Assembly (NCBI GenBank): GCA_031362385.1
Contig: JANLSL010000273.1
Location: 1-60,488 of the forward strand
DNA from: Alphaproteobacteria bacterium
GTDB taxonomy: Bacteria > Pseudomonadota > Alphaproteobacteria > Rhodospirillales > Rhodospirillaceae
DNA length: 60,488 nucleotides
Direction: 5' to 3'
The first letter of the stretch is position 1; each line of letters opens with the position of its first letter. Position numbers and translations under genes: made by a program. Under the pieces are notes generated by a model, which worked only from the letters and a program-made list of their open reading frames with translations, had not been told where the DNA came from and searched no databases. Shown here piece after piece: positions 8,592 to 19,000 of the stretch.

Positions 8592-10528
8592 TAGTTTGGC
8601 CGCACAGGAACAGGCACCCTAGGCCGCGCTCCCCAATTATCGGGATACGCCTGCTTTAACTGCTTGCCGTCGCCAAGATCGGCCCCGCTGCAATTCAGCA
8701 ACTTGTCGATGCACCCAGCGTGCCAGCGTGCCATAACAGTGTCATTCCACGCGCCCCACCAATCTGTGTGAAACGTGGTTCCAGGCTTCATCGGCATCCC
8801 CGGCATAGCGTCGGATGACAGATGCCAGCTATTATGGGTGCCGTCCCAGACGCCCGAACGGTCAAGCGTGGCATCGGTGGTATACCAAGCGCCAAGCGTG
8901 AAGGCCGGAATAACATAGGGGTGTGATGTCGGGCATTGCGCGTAAGACTGCCCGATGTATTTGGCATAGGCAACGTGGCTACGGTGGTCGGCTGAATCAA
9001 GGTTCACTCCGTCCCAACAATCTGGCGCTGCAATGACCGCGCCTAACTTCGCGCCGGTGGGGCAATTCTTCGCCGCAATCACAATGTCCTTGTAGTGGCC
9101 GGGGATCGCGCCATTGCCGGTGCAATCGAAATAGCCCGAACCCGTTGGAGCCGATGCGCCGAGCATGTTGAAGCCGAAGATAAATCGAAGCCCGCGAGGT
9201 AGATCGACACAACCGCCCGTCGCTTGTTTAAGGCAATCAGCCGAGCCTTTTGGGAACCGCTTATAGTAGACGTTCACATGATCGGGTGGGACTACGAAGC
9301 CCTTGCCATCTTTCATGGCGGGCATCCAGTAGGCCGAGCGGTTTAAGGTGTTGCCGCATGACGAAGCACCGGTCTTTCTTAGACTGTCATAGGTTGAGTT
9401 TGCGTCCGCTCCGGTGTTTCCGAAAAACTGGTGGAGATGCGATTTGCCCGGTTGGTTTGGGTAGACAATAGGATCGTCATATTTGAGCATCCCAGCGAGG
9501 CCCGCATTGTCAACCGCCGCTTGACAGATCAGCCGGAACGCGCCGGGATTGCCGACATTGGGAGCGCCGCCGCTAGGAGGGATTGCACCCGTTCCCCATG
9601 CTGGTTGAAGCAAGGCCGCAACGTCCAAGCCGTCAGCAACAGGCGCTAGGCCGGTTGTCGGAATGTTCGGGTCAATCGGCGGTGGTGCTGGAGGAGGTGC
9701 CGGTGGCGGTGCGGGAGGTGGAAACACTGTGCCTGCGAGCAACGCGTCAACCTTGGCCTTGTAAACCGGCGCCATGATCGCTTGCCCCGCGTCTGTCGGG
9801 TGGACGCCATCAGCCTGCAAAGGCACTGTCACTGTGTCGAAGTCGTAAACCGCGTCAATGGTCGTCCCAACCGCTCCACGAAAACAGGCATTGGCCTCAA
9901 CCCGCTTTGTGGCGAAACCTTGGGCCAGATTGCCCGACGGCGCGACTTGTGGAAGGATCGTGCCAATCGCGACTTTCGTGCCGAGCGTCCGAATCGGCCC
10001 GACATAAGCGATAACCGCCGCGCAATACGCATTCCCGCTTGCGTAGGAACCAAGATCATTCGCGCCGATAAGCACTGTGAAAACCTTGGGGTTTGCGGCG
10101 ATGACTGTCGGTCTTCGGGTGATGAGATTATTGAGGCCGGAACCGCCAACGGCAAGCGATGTGAAGGCGGGGTTTGATGCAGCATAGAGGCCGGTATGCG
10201 AACCCGACCACTTAACCGATATGCTATCGCCTTCAGACACGACACCAGCGAGGGTTGCAGGCGGTGGCGGGCTTGGAGGGGGGGCAGGCGGTGGGCTAGG
10301 CGGTGGAGGAGGTGGCGGCACTTCCGCCGCCCTGATCGCCTTGTATTTGGCGTCAACCCGCATGGACGCAGCGGTTATTTTCGAGCCTGTTATATAGGCT
10401 TGCTGGCACATCACGTTGGTAGCGCCACACAAGGCCGCAGCGGATAACTCACGCGCATCCTGGGTAAAGTTTCCAGAGGCCAGCGCAGGCGCGGATACGG
10501 CGGCGAGGAGTAGGGCTAGGCGTTTCAT
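8591..10528 (-). CDS. Secreted two-domain protein: SGNH/GDSL hydrolase plus DUF1996 domain, with poly-proline linkers
   Basis: Signal peptide MKRLALLLAAVSAPALA; SGNH blocks GDSIS, GANDL, DGVHPT; linkers PPPPPPSPPPAPPPSPPPP and PPPAPPPAPPPAPPP; DUF1996 hallmarks DDPIVYPNQPGKSHLHQFFGN and RSAYWMPAM. Confidence 0.8.
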   Translation of the reverse strand: MKRLALLLAAVSAPALASGNFTQDARELSAAALCGATNVMCQQAYITGSKITAASMRVDAKYKAIRAAEVPPPPPPPSPPPAPPPSPPPPATLAGVVSEGDSISVKWSGSHTGLYAASNPAFTSLAVGGSGLNNLITRRPTVIAANPKVFTVLIGANDLGSYASGNAYCAAVIAYVGPIRTLGTKVAIGTILPQVAPSGNLAQGFATKRVEANACFRGAVGTTIDAVYDFDTVTVPLQADGVHPTDAGQAIMAPVYKAKVDALLAGTVFPPPAPPPAPPPAPPPIDPNIPTTGLAPVADGLDVAALLQPAWGTGAIPPSGGAPNVGNPGAFRLICQAAVDNAGLAGMLKYDDPIVYPNQPGKSHLHQFFGNTGADANSTYDSLRKTGASSCGNTLNRSAYWMPAMKDGKGFVVPPDHVNVYYKRFPKGSADCLKQATGGCVDLPRGLRFIFGFNMLGASAPTGSGYFDCTGNGAIPGHYKDIVIAAKNCPTGAKLGAVIAAPDCWDGVNLDSADHRSHVAYAKYIGQSYAQCPTSHPYVIPAFTLGAWYTTDATLDRSGVWDGTHNSWHLSSDAMPGMPMKPGTTFHTDWWGAWNDTVMARWHAGCIDKLLNCSGADLGDGKQLKQAYPDNWGARPRVPVPVRPN

Positions 10529-11073
10529 TGGATTGGCTCCGGTGATGTTGCGACGGCGGATTGCTCATTCACCCATTGAATAAGCGAGCCAAGTTGAATG
10601 GCCTGTTCGGTTGCAATCAATCTGTCGGCAAGAGAAAGTCCGTCTTGACCGGAGGCTTCAACAGGTTCGCCGGGGCCTTCGCTGGTGGCGGGCAAACCAG
10701 CACTGCCGGATGCGCTTCGATTGCCTTGGGCGAGCAACCGCTGATAGCGAGCGCGAGCATCGGCAAGGCGAGTTTCAAAATCATCAGAGATCCTTTCGCT
10801 TATGGCATCTTGTTCGTCGGCAACGCGCACAAGATTGGCGGATTGTGCAGCTTCCGCCTTCTTTTGCGCAACGCGATAATTGACAATAGTTTGCACGTGC
10901 GCGGCCCGTTCGGCTTTGACGCGGGCATGAAGCCCATTATTTGCCCGCCAGAGCCATGCCACGGCAACGAGCGAGATGATTAGGGCAGTTTGCCACGGAT
11001 AGCGCGTAACGAAGCCCAGCGCGGCCCTAGCGGCCTTTTTGGCCCATCCCAAGGCGGACAAAGCCCAAAGCAT
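10525..11073 (-). CDS. i-spanin (Rz-like)
   Basis: N-terminal TM segment (ALIISLVAVAWLW), coiled-coil periplasmic part, position directly after the holin, embedded lipoprotein ORF. Confidence 0.7.
   Translation of the reverse strand: MLWALSALGWAKKAARAALGFVTRYPWQTALIISLVAVAWLWRANNGLHARVKAERAAHVQTIVNYRVAQKKAEAAQSANLVRVADEQDAISERISDDFETRLADARARYQRLLAQGNRSASGSAGLPATSEGPGEPVEASGQDGLSLADRLIATEQAIQLGSLIQWVNEQSAVATSPEPIQ
10617..10784 (-). CDS. o-spanin (Rz1-like lipoprotein, 55 aa) embedded in the +1 frame of the i-spanin
   Basis: Hand translation gives MILKLALPMLALAISGCSPKAIEAHPAVLVCPPPAKAPANLLKPPVKTDFLLPTD; lipobox I-S-G-C; Pro-rich mature part; too short for the ORF track. Confidence 0.7.
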   Translation of the reverse strand: MILKLALPMLALAISGCSPKAIEAHPAVLVCPPPAKAPANLLKPPVKTDFLLPTD

Positions 11074-11321
11074 TATTGCTCGCCCGTGGAGTTGACAGCC
11101 TTTGCCACGCCAACATCTTTCGCTGCGATACCAAAACCGCCCGCCGCCAGAATAGCCGCCGCGCCTGCGCCAAACTCAATCGGGTTGAACGGTTCTTTAT
11201 TCCACCAGATCGCAACGCCCTGATATGCGATAAGTGCAAGTGTAGCGATTGCCCAAAGCACGCGGCCCATCTCGAACTGATCGGAAACACTTGATTTGAA
11301 TATGTGCGATAGTGCGTTCAT
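11073..11321 (-). CDS. Holin (2 TM segments)
   Basis: TM1 VLWAIATLALIAYQGVAIWW and TM2 FGAGAAAILAAGGFGIAA; ATGA overlap with the endolysin stop; AGGAGA upstream. Confidence 0.6.
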   Translation of the reverse strand: MNALSHIFKSSVSDQFEMGRVLWAIATLALIAYQGVAIWWNKEPFNPIEFGAGAAAILAAGGFGIAAKDVGVAKAVNSTGEQ

Positions 11322-11929
11322 GCCCATTCTCCTGCTTGCAAAGCCGACTGAAATTTCAAAGCGTAGTCGGCAATGTCCCCGGCACGGTCTCGGCCATTGA
11401 TGATTTTGCGAGCCTTAATAAATTCGTCTCGACTTCCCGGTCTGCCGGCGGGGAGGACATCGGCAAAGGAAACCCCCGTGAACCAGCCCTGTGTCATGCC
11501 AAACCGCATGATCTTGGCGGCAACATCGGGACGCATAGCCAAGTCTGGATTTGCCAACAATTCCGCGCCGGTCTTCGATTGCGCCTTCGCATAATTCGCG
11601 CGGCCCGTAAGCTGGACGTATCCACGCCCGCAAAACAGCGCACCGTCGCCCGCTTGGGTATTGCCTAAAACCGCTGCAACCTTGGGCCGGTTGCCCGCCT
11701 TGTCATATTGGCGGAAGAAGTAATTTGACCCACCAAATTCCTTGATTGGCTGCAACGAATGTGCGGTTTCCAGCCATGCCGTGCCGAGCGCATAGGCCGT
11801 CCAGGACAAGGCCGCGCCGTCCATTGCGGAAAGGATCGCGTTCGCGCCCGTCACTTCGTCATTATCAAGCGTCGGCCCCATGACCCCCGCGCGGCAACTA
11901 TCGAAGAATTTGGCAGGTGAGAATGTCAT
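11318..11929 (-). CDS. Endolysin, glycoside hydrolase family 19 type
   Basis: GH19-like signature ...FCGRGYVQLTGRANY... and AWLETAH; sits next to the holin and spanins. Confidence 0.85.
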   Translation of the reverse strand: MTFSPAKFFDSCRAGVMGPTLDNDEVTGANAILSAMDGAALSWTAYALGTAWLETAHSLQPIKEFGGSNYFFRQYDKAGNRPKVAAVLGNTQAGDGALFCGRGYVQLTGRANYAKAQSKTGAELLANPDLAMRPDVAAKIMRFGMTQGWFTGVSFADVLPAGRPGSRDEFIKARKIINGRDRAGDIADYALKFQSALQAGEWA

Positions 11930-12186
11930 CGCCCGTTCCTTTCCTGCCGCGCCCGTTCGGCGGCAACGAGGTAATCAATACTCGTTTTCATGCTGGATAT
12001 GTCCACAACTGCCGGATCGACCTTGCGCTCCAATTCGGTGACGCGGCGCGTGTTTTCTTGCGTCTGGCCGTAAACGAACCCTGCGCTGAAAATGAGAGAT
12101 GCCGCCGAAATGACGCACGCCGCGCCCGCAAACCATTCGCTTCGCGTCACCTTTTTCTCCGTCGCCGTAGGGTGCTGAACGCTCAT
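11926..12186 (-). CDS. Small single-TM protein upstream of the endolysin (possible holin or antiholin partner)
   Basis: MSVQH start at 12186; TM WFAGAACVISAASLIFSAGFVYG followed by a charged helix. Confidence 0.5.
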   Translation of the reverse strand: MSVQHPTATEKKVTRSEWFAGAACVISAASLIFSAGFVYGQTQENTRRVTELERKVDPAVVDISSMKTSIDYLVAAERARQERNGR

Positions 12187-12635
12187 TATGACGCCCCGAT
12201 CTTCTTGCCTTGGGCAACTGCCCATTCAACATAACGGCGATGACGCTTGACCCATCGAGCCGCCGCGCCGCGCTTGGCGACCATTAACGCCAGCAATTCG
12301 GCCTGAGACTTACCCTTGAGCGAGCCGTAGCTGCCGAGCGATTGCGCTTCGAGTGCCTCGTATGCGTCGAAATCCGCCCCGTAGTAATCAGCCGCCACTC
12401 GTGCTTCGACGGCATGGCCCATCGGCTCAATCCATCGCTCCAAGAAGATCGCGGGGATAACACCAACCTTCCACTTGAAGCCGAACTCGTATCGTTCCTG
12501 TGCCAACACCGCACCCCAGTATTCGGAAAGCCCGACCTGACGGGCAATCCATATCCGCAAGGGATTGTTGTGCGCGTTCGTTCCGGTGCGCGGAACGTCA
12601 CGAACGAATGTTGGGGGAAAGAATGAGATTATCAT
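12186..12635 (-). CDS. Hypothetical protein (149 aa)
   Basis: ATG at 12635 overlaps the upstream stop (ATGA); the 230-aa track ORF start would overlap the fibre gene by 243 nt. Confidence 0.6.
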   Translation of the reverse strand: MIISFFPPTFVRDVPRTGTNAHNNPLRIWIARQVGLSEYWGAVLAQERYEFGFKWKVGVIPAIFLERWIEPMGHAVEARVAADYYGADFDAYEALEAQSLGSYGSLKGKSQAELLALMVAKRGAAARWVKRHRRYVEWAVAQGKKIGAS

Positions 12636-13360
12636 GCCGTCACCGCGCGCTCGATGGCGAAATTGAAAACCGGCTGTTCGGTCGTTGTGCCGCTCAATGT
12701 GGCGAACGTGACTTGGAATGATCCCGCCGCGACGTTCGTGATCCAGATCGCGTATTTGTCCGTTCCCGACTTCTGGACAATCCTGATCGTATCGGTCGCA
12801 GCGACAAGCGTATTCGTGACAGTGAATGATTGGAACGTGGTTGACCCTGCCGCCGAGACCAGCGTGATCGCCCCGCATGGCTTGCTCAAGGTGACCCCGG
12901 TTGTGCGCGACGTGCCTTGGGTGACCGCGCCGCCCGCGCCCGTGCCGTAACCGAATGCACCGAGCGGGCTGGCAAGGGTCAAGTTCCCGGCGTCCGTCAA
13001 GGTGAGCATGTCGGTCGTGGCCGATGCGGCGCGCTTTGAAAAGGCGATGCTGTAGCCTGTGCCATCGCCAAAGTAGAGCCGCTTGACCGGGCTTTCATTG
13101 GAGATCAGGAAGACGCCGCCAACCGCTGCCGGTAGCGTAGCGGTAGCGGCTTCCATCTGGAAGCCCCCGCTTATGTTGAGCCTTTGCGCCGGTGCGGTTA
13201 GCCCGATGCCGACATTGGCGCTTGCGTCCTTGACCAATAAATCGGTTAGCAGAAACCGCCGCTCGAAAATCGGCGCGGTGGACGTCTGCCCCCAGAGAGA
13301 GGACGTCGCGGCAATCCGTTCGGCTGCACTGGCGATGGTGACTGTGGTGATTTCAACCAT
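12632..13360 (-). CDS. Tail fibre-like protein (242 aa)
   Basis: Ala/Thr/Gly/Ser-rich beta-type sequence downstream of the tail-tip gene. Confidence 0.55.
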   Translation of the reverse strand: MVEITTVTIASAAERIAATSSLWGQTSTAPIFERRFLLTDLLVKDASANVGIGLTAPAQRLNISGGFQMEAATATLPAAVGGVFLISNESPVKRLYFGDGTGYSIAFSKRAASATTDMLTLTDAGNLTLASPLGAFGYGTGAGGAVTQGTSRTTGVTLSKPCGAITLVSAAGSTTFQSFTVTNTLVAATDTIRIVQKSGTDKYAIWITNVAAGSFQVTFATLSGTTTEQPVFNFAIERAVTA

Positions 13361-13363
13361 TTC

Positions 13364-13669
13364 TTACGTCCCTTTTTTCACAATGATTTTGGCCTCTTCG
13401 GCATCCGACCAAATCCGCACCGCGTCGATTGCCGCAAAACGTGCATCGCCTTCAGGCGTTGGCTGTCGAATGTCGTTCACTTGTTTCCAGAGTGGCGCGA
13501 CCGCTTCAATCTGGCGGGCGGCTTCAATCTTGATCGCAGCAACTGCCTCGGCTGCATCGAGATCGGCCCAATAGGTGTCAGCCACGGGCTGCAAGTCGGC
13601 GCTGTCATATCCTTCAGGAAAGACAATCGCGCCAGTTGGCACATGAAGGAATAGAGGCCGCTCGCTCAT
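13364..13669 (-). CDS. Hypothetical tail-module protein (101 aa)
   Basis: ATGA coupling to the 781-aa gene. Confidence 0.6.
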   Translation of the reverse strand: MSERPLFLHVPTGAIVFPEGYDSADLQPVADTYWADLDAAEAVAAIKIEAARQIEAVAPLWKQVNDIRQPTPEGDARFAAIDAVRIWSDAEEAKIIVKKGT

Positions 13670-16011
13670 GAGCCTGCCACCGATGCGGTGCCAAGCCAGT
13701 TATTTGTGGAGGCGTCATCGTTCCGCAAGAGCAACTGAAATTCGTAAGGTGTGCCTGGCGTGAGGCCGGTTTTCGTCATCGAAACCGAGATTGAGCCGGG
13801 GTTATTATATGGTTCTTGAACCGTGTCATCTTTGGAATTGTTGGCGCTTGATGCAATCTCGGTCGTGATGTCCGCATAACTTCCCGAAACAACTCGCCAC
13901 TGCCACTTGCCGAACGCGCCGTTTGAGCCGTTCGTGGTGCGCTTGAATGTCGCGGGGAAAGAGCAGGCAACCTGCCCGCCCGCGCCCGCTGTTGCTGTCA
14001 GCATGGCCGTATTCGCAGCGCCGTAGCTTGCCGATGTCGTCTGACTGATCGTGCTTGTCGAAGTGATTGTGCCGGAACCGGGAGGCGCATCAAGTAATCG
14101 TGGTAGAGTAAGCGTGCCGACGCGAACCTTGCCGCTATAAGTGGCCTGCATTTCAATCACCGCGTCCAGAGACATCGCCGTGATATTGAGAATCCCGGTG
14201 GCGTTGGGGCTTGCGACCGTTGGCGTGAAAGTTGCCGTGCCGGATTTGAGAACGGCCGCCCATGACGCCGATGTCGTGATGTCCGTTTGTGCGCCGTTGA
14301 TGAGCTTGAATGCCGCATCCAATGGCAACTGGCCCGCCTTTACGGCACCTAGATAGTCGCAGGCAATCACAACCGTCTTGGTGCCGGTAACGAGCGTTGT
14401 GACGTCCGCGTTATCGACTGGCTTGGTGCCTGTGGTATCCACAACAGAAGGCCAGTTCGCGGTCGTCGCCGCAGCAGGAATGGCGGTGTCCTGTATATCG
14501 ACATAGCCGCTGTCCGTCACCGCGATGCTTATTGAAGTGATTGCAACGCCGATGGACAGAAGCGGATTGCCCTCAAAGCGAAACTGCTTGGCGGTTGCGT
14601 CAATGTAGATCGAGCCGAGCGGCATTTGAGTAGGAACGGCGGTCGGAAAGCGTTCTGTCAGAATGCCTCCCGTAGTCTGCAATTCGCTCCAATACGTCAC
14701 ATTGGGCGGCGCATTTCCCGCAGTCGGCGTCGGGTTGATGTAGAGATAGCGTTTCCCATCAAGCGGCTGAAAAACGATATTGCCTTCGCGGTAGGTGGTA
14801 GCAGCGTCGTAGTCACCTGTTTCGATTAGTTGCGCGTAGAACGAGATTTCATCGAACGTATGCACACGCCATGAAGGCTGATAGCCGAGTTGGATGAAGC
14901 TGAACGGTGGCGACACGGCCTGTTCGCTGTTCGATACCACCCGAGGCAATTGGCGCTGTTGCGCGTCCATGGTAATCGACGGGCTGCCGATCGCAATCTG
15001 GCTGACAAAGAGTTTGCCGAGCATTGAAACGCCCGCCTGAGCATTACATGGGGCTGCCAGTTTTGCAGAGAGATCGAGAACATTTGTCTGTTCTTCAAGA
15101 TAATACCCCATCCGCCCCTGGTTGGTGAGCGCGTTCAAAGCCGTATCGAGCGCAGTCAATGATGTTGAGTCGATCAGCCCGCCAGAGACGCCCGCGAGCG
15201 TGGCAATCCGGTTGATGATCTCGCCTGTCTTGCGCAGCCACGTTCCAGAGGGCTTATCGCCGTCCACGTCGCCTGTGATGACCCCAACAGGCGGAGCGCC
15301 AAGCCGGACCATCCCTACCGCGAGACTGGTTGCCCAGCGACCAGGTGGGATCGATGCTGCGACAAGGGTGGCGTAACTGGCATAATCACCAAACGACGCG
15401 CCAAAACTACTACCCCGTTCATAGAGAACATTGACCGCCTGAATCGTGCCATAAGCTGAAAACTGGAACACCGAATTGGCGACATTGATCAGCACGGGCT
15501 CTGCGTTCAAACATCGCCCGAGCAAAAGCGGCTTCACCCTGTTTTTGAGATCGGCCCCACCTTCCGCGCCTGCCGTTCCTGCATATTTGGCAGTCAGAAC
15601 GTCTTTCTTGAACGGCTCCTGATCGACCTCGAATGTCAGTTTGATCGCGTTCTTTTCGGCTGTGTGGCTTGCGACGCGGCCCTGAAATACTTGCGTCCAC
15701 GGCCATGCTTGTCCGAGTGTCCCAGCATAAAGGTTGATCGGCGCGCCCTGCCAGACGAAACGGCGCGCATTTGCGTTCAGGTCGAGAAGTTGGTCGATCT
15801 GGACGGTCATATTGCCACCAGCCGGAGTTGCAGTTCCGTCGAAATCGCCTGAGAACAATCTTATCCCTATCGTGGGCATTCCAGAGATCGCAGGGCGCCA
15901 TTTGACACTGTTGAGGCCGGTGATGTCGCGGTGATTGGCATTGGTGGCACGCAACAGAATGCGCGTCCCCCCAACCGGATCGAGCGGGGACAATTCAGCG
16001 AGGATGATCAT
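13666..16011 (-). CDS. Tail tip / host-specificity-like protein (781 aa)
   Basis: Large ORF immediately after the tape measure; Thr/Ser/Ala-rich C-terminal half. Confidence 0.7.
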   Translation of the reverse strand: MIILAELSPLDPVGGTRILLRATNANHRDITGLNSVKWRPAISGMPTIGIRLFSGDFDGTATPAGGNMTVQIDQLLDLNANARRFVWQGAPINLYAGTLGQAWPWTQVFQGRVASHTAEKNAIKLTFEVDQEPFKKDVLTAKYAGTAGAEGGADLKNRVKPLLLGRCLNAEPVLINVANSVFQFSAYGTIQAVNVLYERGSSFGASFGDYASYATLVAASIPPGRWATSLAVGMVRLGAPPVGVITGDVDGDKPSGTWLRKTGEIINRIATLAGVSGGLIDSTSLTALDTALNALTNQGRMGYYLEEQTNVLDLSAKLAAPCNAQAGVSMLGKLFVSQIAIGSPSITMDAQQRQLPRVVSNSEQAVSPPFSFIQLGYQPSWRVHTFDEISFYAQLIETGDYDAATTYREGNIVFQPLDGKRYLYINPTPTAGNAPPNVTYWSELQTTGGILTERFPTAVPTQMPLGSIYIDATAKQFRFEGNPLLSIGVAITSISIAVTDSGYVDIQDTAIPAAATTANWPSVVDTTGTKPVDNADVTTLVTGTKTVVIACDYLGAVKAGQLPLDAAFKLINGAQTDITTSASWAAVLKSGTATFTPTVASPNATGILNITAMSLDAVIEMQATYSGKVRVGTLTLPRLLDAPPGSGTITSTSTISQTTSASYGAANTAMLTATAGAGGQVACSFPATFKRTTNGSNGAFGKWQWRVVSGSYADITTEIASSANNSKDDTVQEPYNNPGSISVSMTKTGLTPGTPYEFQLLLRNDDASTNNWLGTASVAGS

Positions 16012-19000
16012 TTAGAAATTATAGATGGCGTATTGGCGATAGCCACCACCTGCCCCCGACGCTGCCTGCATATACCCGAGAATATTGCCAAGATTACCAT
16101 TCATCGCCGCAAGATATGCCGCAAGGTCAGTCGTTTGCTGGTTGATCGCAGTAACAACGGGTGTGTTGGCATTGGTTGGCGTCGTGAATGGGCTGTTCGA
16201 TGCCGAAGCGATACTGACGACGTTCTGTTGGCCCGCAAGCGCCTGTTGGGAGAGCCCCAGCACTTCGTTGAATGTCGCAAAATAGTCGTTTGTCGAGCCA
16301 GACAGTTGCCGCTGAATATCGATCAGGAGCCGCGCATTATCGGCAAACTTGTCATAGTCCACCGTCTTGCCAGCGCGAACGTCATTGGCGAGTGGGTCGA
16401 ACAGGGCCCGAGCATTCGAGAGCCGATCGCGAAGCGACAGGCCGTTGTCGCCGGTTTTGAGATCGTCGATCAGGGATTGCAATGCGCCTGTGAATTGCTC
16501 GGTCGCCTGTTTGATCGCCTCCGCGCGTTTCAGGCCATAGAGTTCTTCGAGTTGCGCAAATTCGGCTGCGGATGCACTGGCTTCGGTAAAGATGCTTTTG
16601 AGGGTGGTAAATTCCAAAAACAGGTCGTCGAGTGCGGCGCCAATCGGATCCTTGATGCGCTTCAACTGCTTGAAGACATCTTGGAACTTGACCGCTTTGG
16701 AAAGCTGCTTTTCGATGTCGGTGCCAGCGCGAAGCAGGTTCTGCGCACCTTGGCGGATTCCTTGAACGGCTCCCTGATTTATTGCAGCGAGCAGAACGGC
16801 GCGTGATGCTTCAGCTTCATCGGTGAATTTCTGCCCGTTGACGAAAAACTTTTTCTTCTTTTGCGTGATGGACGCCGAATAATTCCCGACCGTCCCCCCA
16901 AGTTGATCGGCGATGCCGGCAAGTGAAGAATTTACACCAGTGCCAAGTTGGGTGAGCCCTGATTTCAGCGATCCAGAACCCGTGTAACTGACCCCTGTAT
17001 TCGATATTGTGGCCGTGCCTTTGGGAGTTTTCTTGAACAATCCTCCCACTACGCCGCCGAGAATTCCGCCGACAATTGAGCCAAGCGGACCTGCAAAGGC
17101 TCCGAGTTTGCTGAAGATAGCCTTGCCTGCTACTTCGCCAAGCGCTCCGCCGATTTGCGAGCCAGCCTTTGAACTTTTGCCGCCAGTGATGGATTGAAAA
17201 ATGGTCGCCGATGCCTGTCCGGTCTGCGCTCCTGCCAATACGCTGCCGAGCGTCTTGGCGAATGGCCCAGCGCTGCTGAATACTTTATTGAATATGCTAT
17301 TCAGGCCGTTTTTGAGCGCGTCATTGAATTCTTTTTTACCCGCGCCGACGCTGTTCAGGACGCTATTAACCGAATCTCCTGGGCGCGCGGAACGCGAAAG
17401 ACTTTCCAGCAAACGCGCGACGCGACCACCAAACAAGTCGGCGATGGAATTGAGTGCCTGCTCCCCTTCCCGGCTCAGGGCCAACCCAAGCGTCTCGGCA
17501 AGTTTGCGCATGGATTCTTCGGCGACCTGCATGAAGTCGCTGCCAGTCTCGAACGGCGTTTTGAGCGCGTCCTGCCATTTTGGGCCAAGACGCTCAAATG
17601 TATCCTGCATGGCCCGCTCGAATTGATCCTGTTCGGCATCAAAATTGTTGAGCGATGCCGCGACTCTGAATTGCGAAGCCTGTTCGCCGCTGATCACGCC
17701 GGCCGCGCTCAACCGCGCAATGGTCGCCAGTTGGTCAGCATAGTCCGCAGCCGCGCTCGTCGCGGGATCGAATGTCTTTAGGACGGCATCGAGATCGCGG
17801 GCGAGTTCCTTGGCGGCGTCAGCGGCATCCTTTTCTGCCTCCTGAAACGCCTGCATGTCGGTTGTGGCGCTCTTGAACTGGTAGTGGATGCGCCCACCGC
17901 TTTCCTTGACGATCTGGAATCCCTTGAGACCGGCCGCCGCTGCTGCCGCATAGGCACCAGTGAGGTTGTCTTTGCCGACGCCGGGATCGAGCGCGCGATA
18001 ATCCTGATGCGGGCTTCGTTTTTTGAATCCGTCGAGTGGTGTAAGCCCTTGTTTGAATATCTCGTTCTGATCGGCGGCGGTGCGAAATGTGGTTCTGCCA
18101 GCGGCCTTAAAGATGCCCCTCTTATTCAGTTCGCTTTCAAATCTCGCCAGCGCCAACTTGTTTGATTGGAGGGTGCCTTCGGTGAAATCGGTCGAGCCTG
18201 TGCGAGCCTTATTTGCTTCATTGGCCGCATCTACTGCGGCCTTTCTCTGCAATTCGTAGCCGGTTAGAGTTCCCTTGAGCGACTTGGTAAGAGTGTCATT
18301 GCCCGCCGCCGCTCTGGTCGCAGCGGCTGCCATATCGTCATAGCGATCGTTTATTGCCCGAATGGGATCGACGGCTGCTTTCGCATCGCGCACCGCATCC
18401 TGAATGCGCAAATTACCGATCGTCTTGGCAATCAGGTCAATGCTCGATTGATTTTGCGCGAGCGCCGTGCTTGCTTCGCCGACCGCCGCGCCCGTTCGAG
18501 CCTCACCGCCGAATGGGCCGCCGCCAGTTGTTCTAAAGGCGGCTTCAAGCCTGGCCTTCAACTGCTCGCGGGTGGCAAGTGCATCTTTCAACCTGGCCTC
18601 TGCGCTCGCCAAGTTAAGTTTTATCATGTCTTCGGTGCTTTTCCGCGCTCGATCCTGCTCGGAATTATATTCTTCCAAAGCCTTGCGCGATTCATCGGTG
18701 CCGATTTTCAACTTACCGAACGCATCGGCAAGTGTGATGGTCTTGTTTTTGGTTTTGTCGGCGGCGTCGCCACTGGTGAATAGTTTATCTACCAACCCGC
18801 CGAGCGCAAAGCCGCCTACTGCAACAGCAACACCCCAAGGGCCAGCAAGGAACCTACCAAATTCGCCAAATTTCCCAGACGCCCCGCTGATGGCAAAACC
18901 GAGTTGAGGAAGCTGTTGAGCAAACACTGTGCTTGCGCGCTGTCCGCTGCCGAGACTGATCACAATATCTTGAAGCTGTTGTCCTGCTTGGGTGGTCGCC

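Noticed and set aside
12636-12878. N-terminal 81 codons of track ORF 12186..12878
   Set aside because: This extension overlaps the tail-fibre gene by 243 nt and has a His/Arg/Cys-rich composition. An internal ATG at 12635 gives a clean ATGA coupling.
15931-18907. Several plus-strand ORFs of 140-290 aa inside the tape measure region
   Set aside because: All are antisense to the 1168-aa tape measure ORF, which has clear coding character and context.
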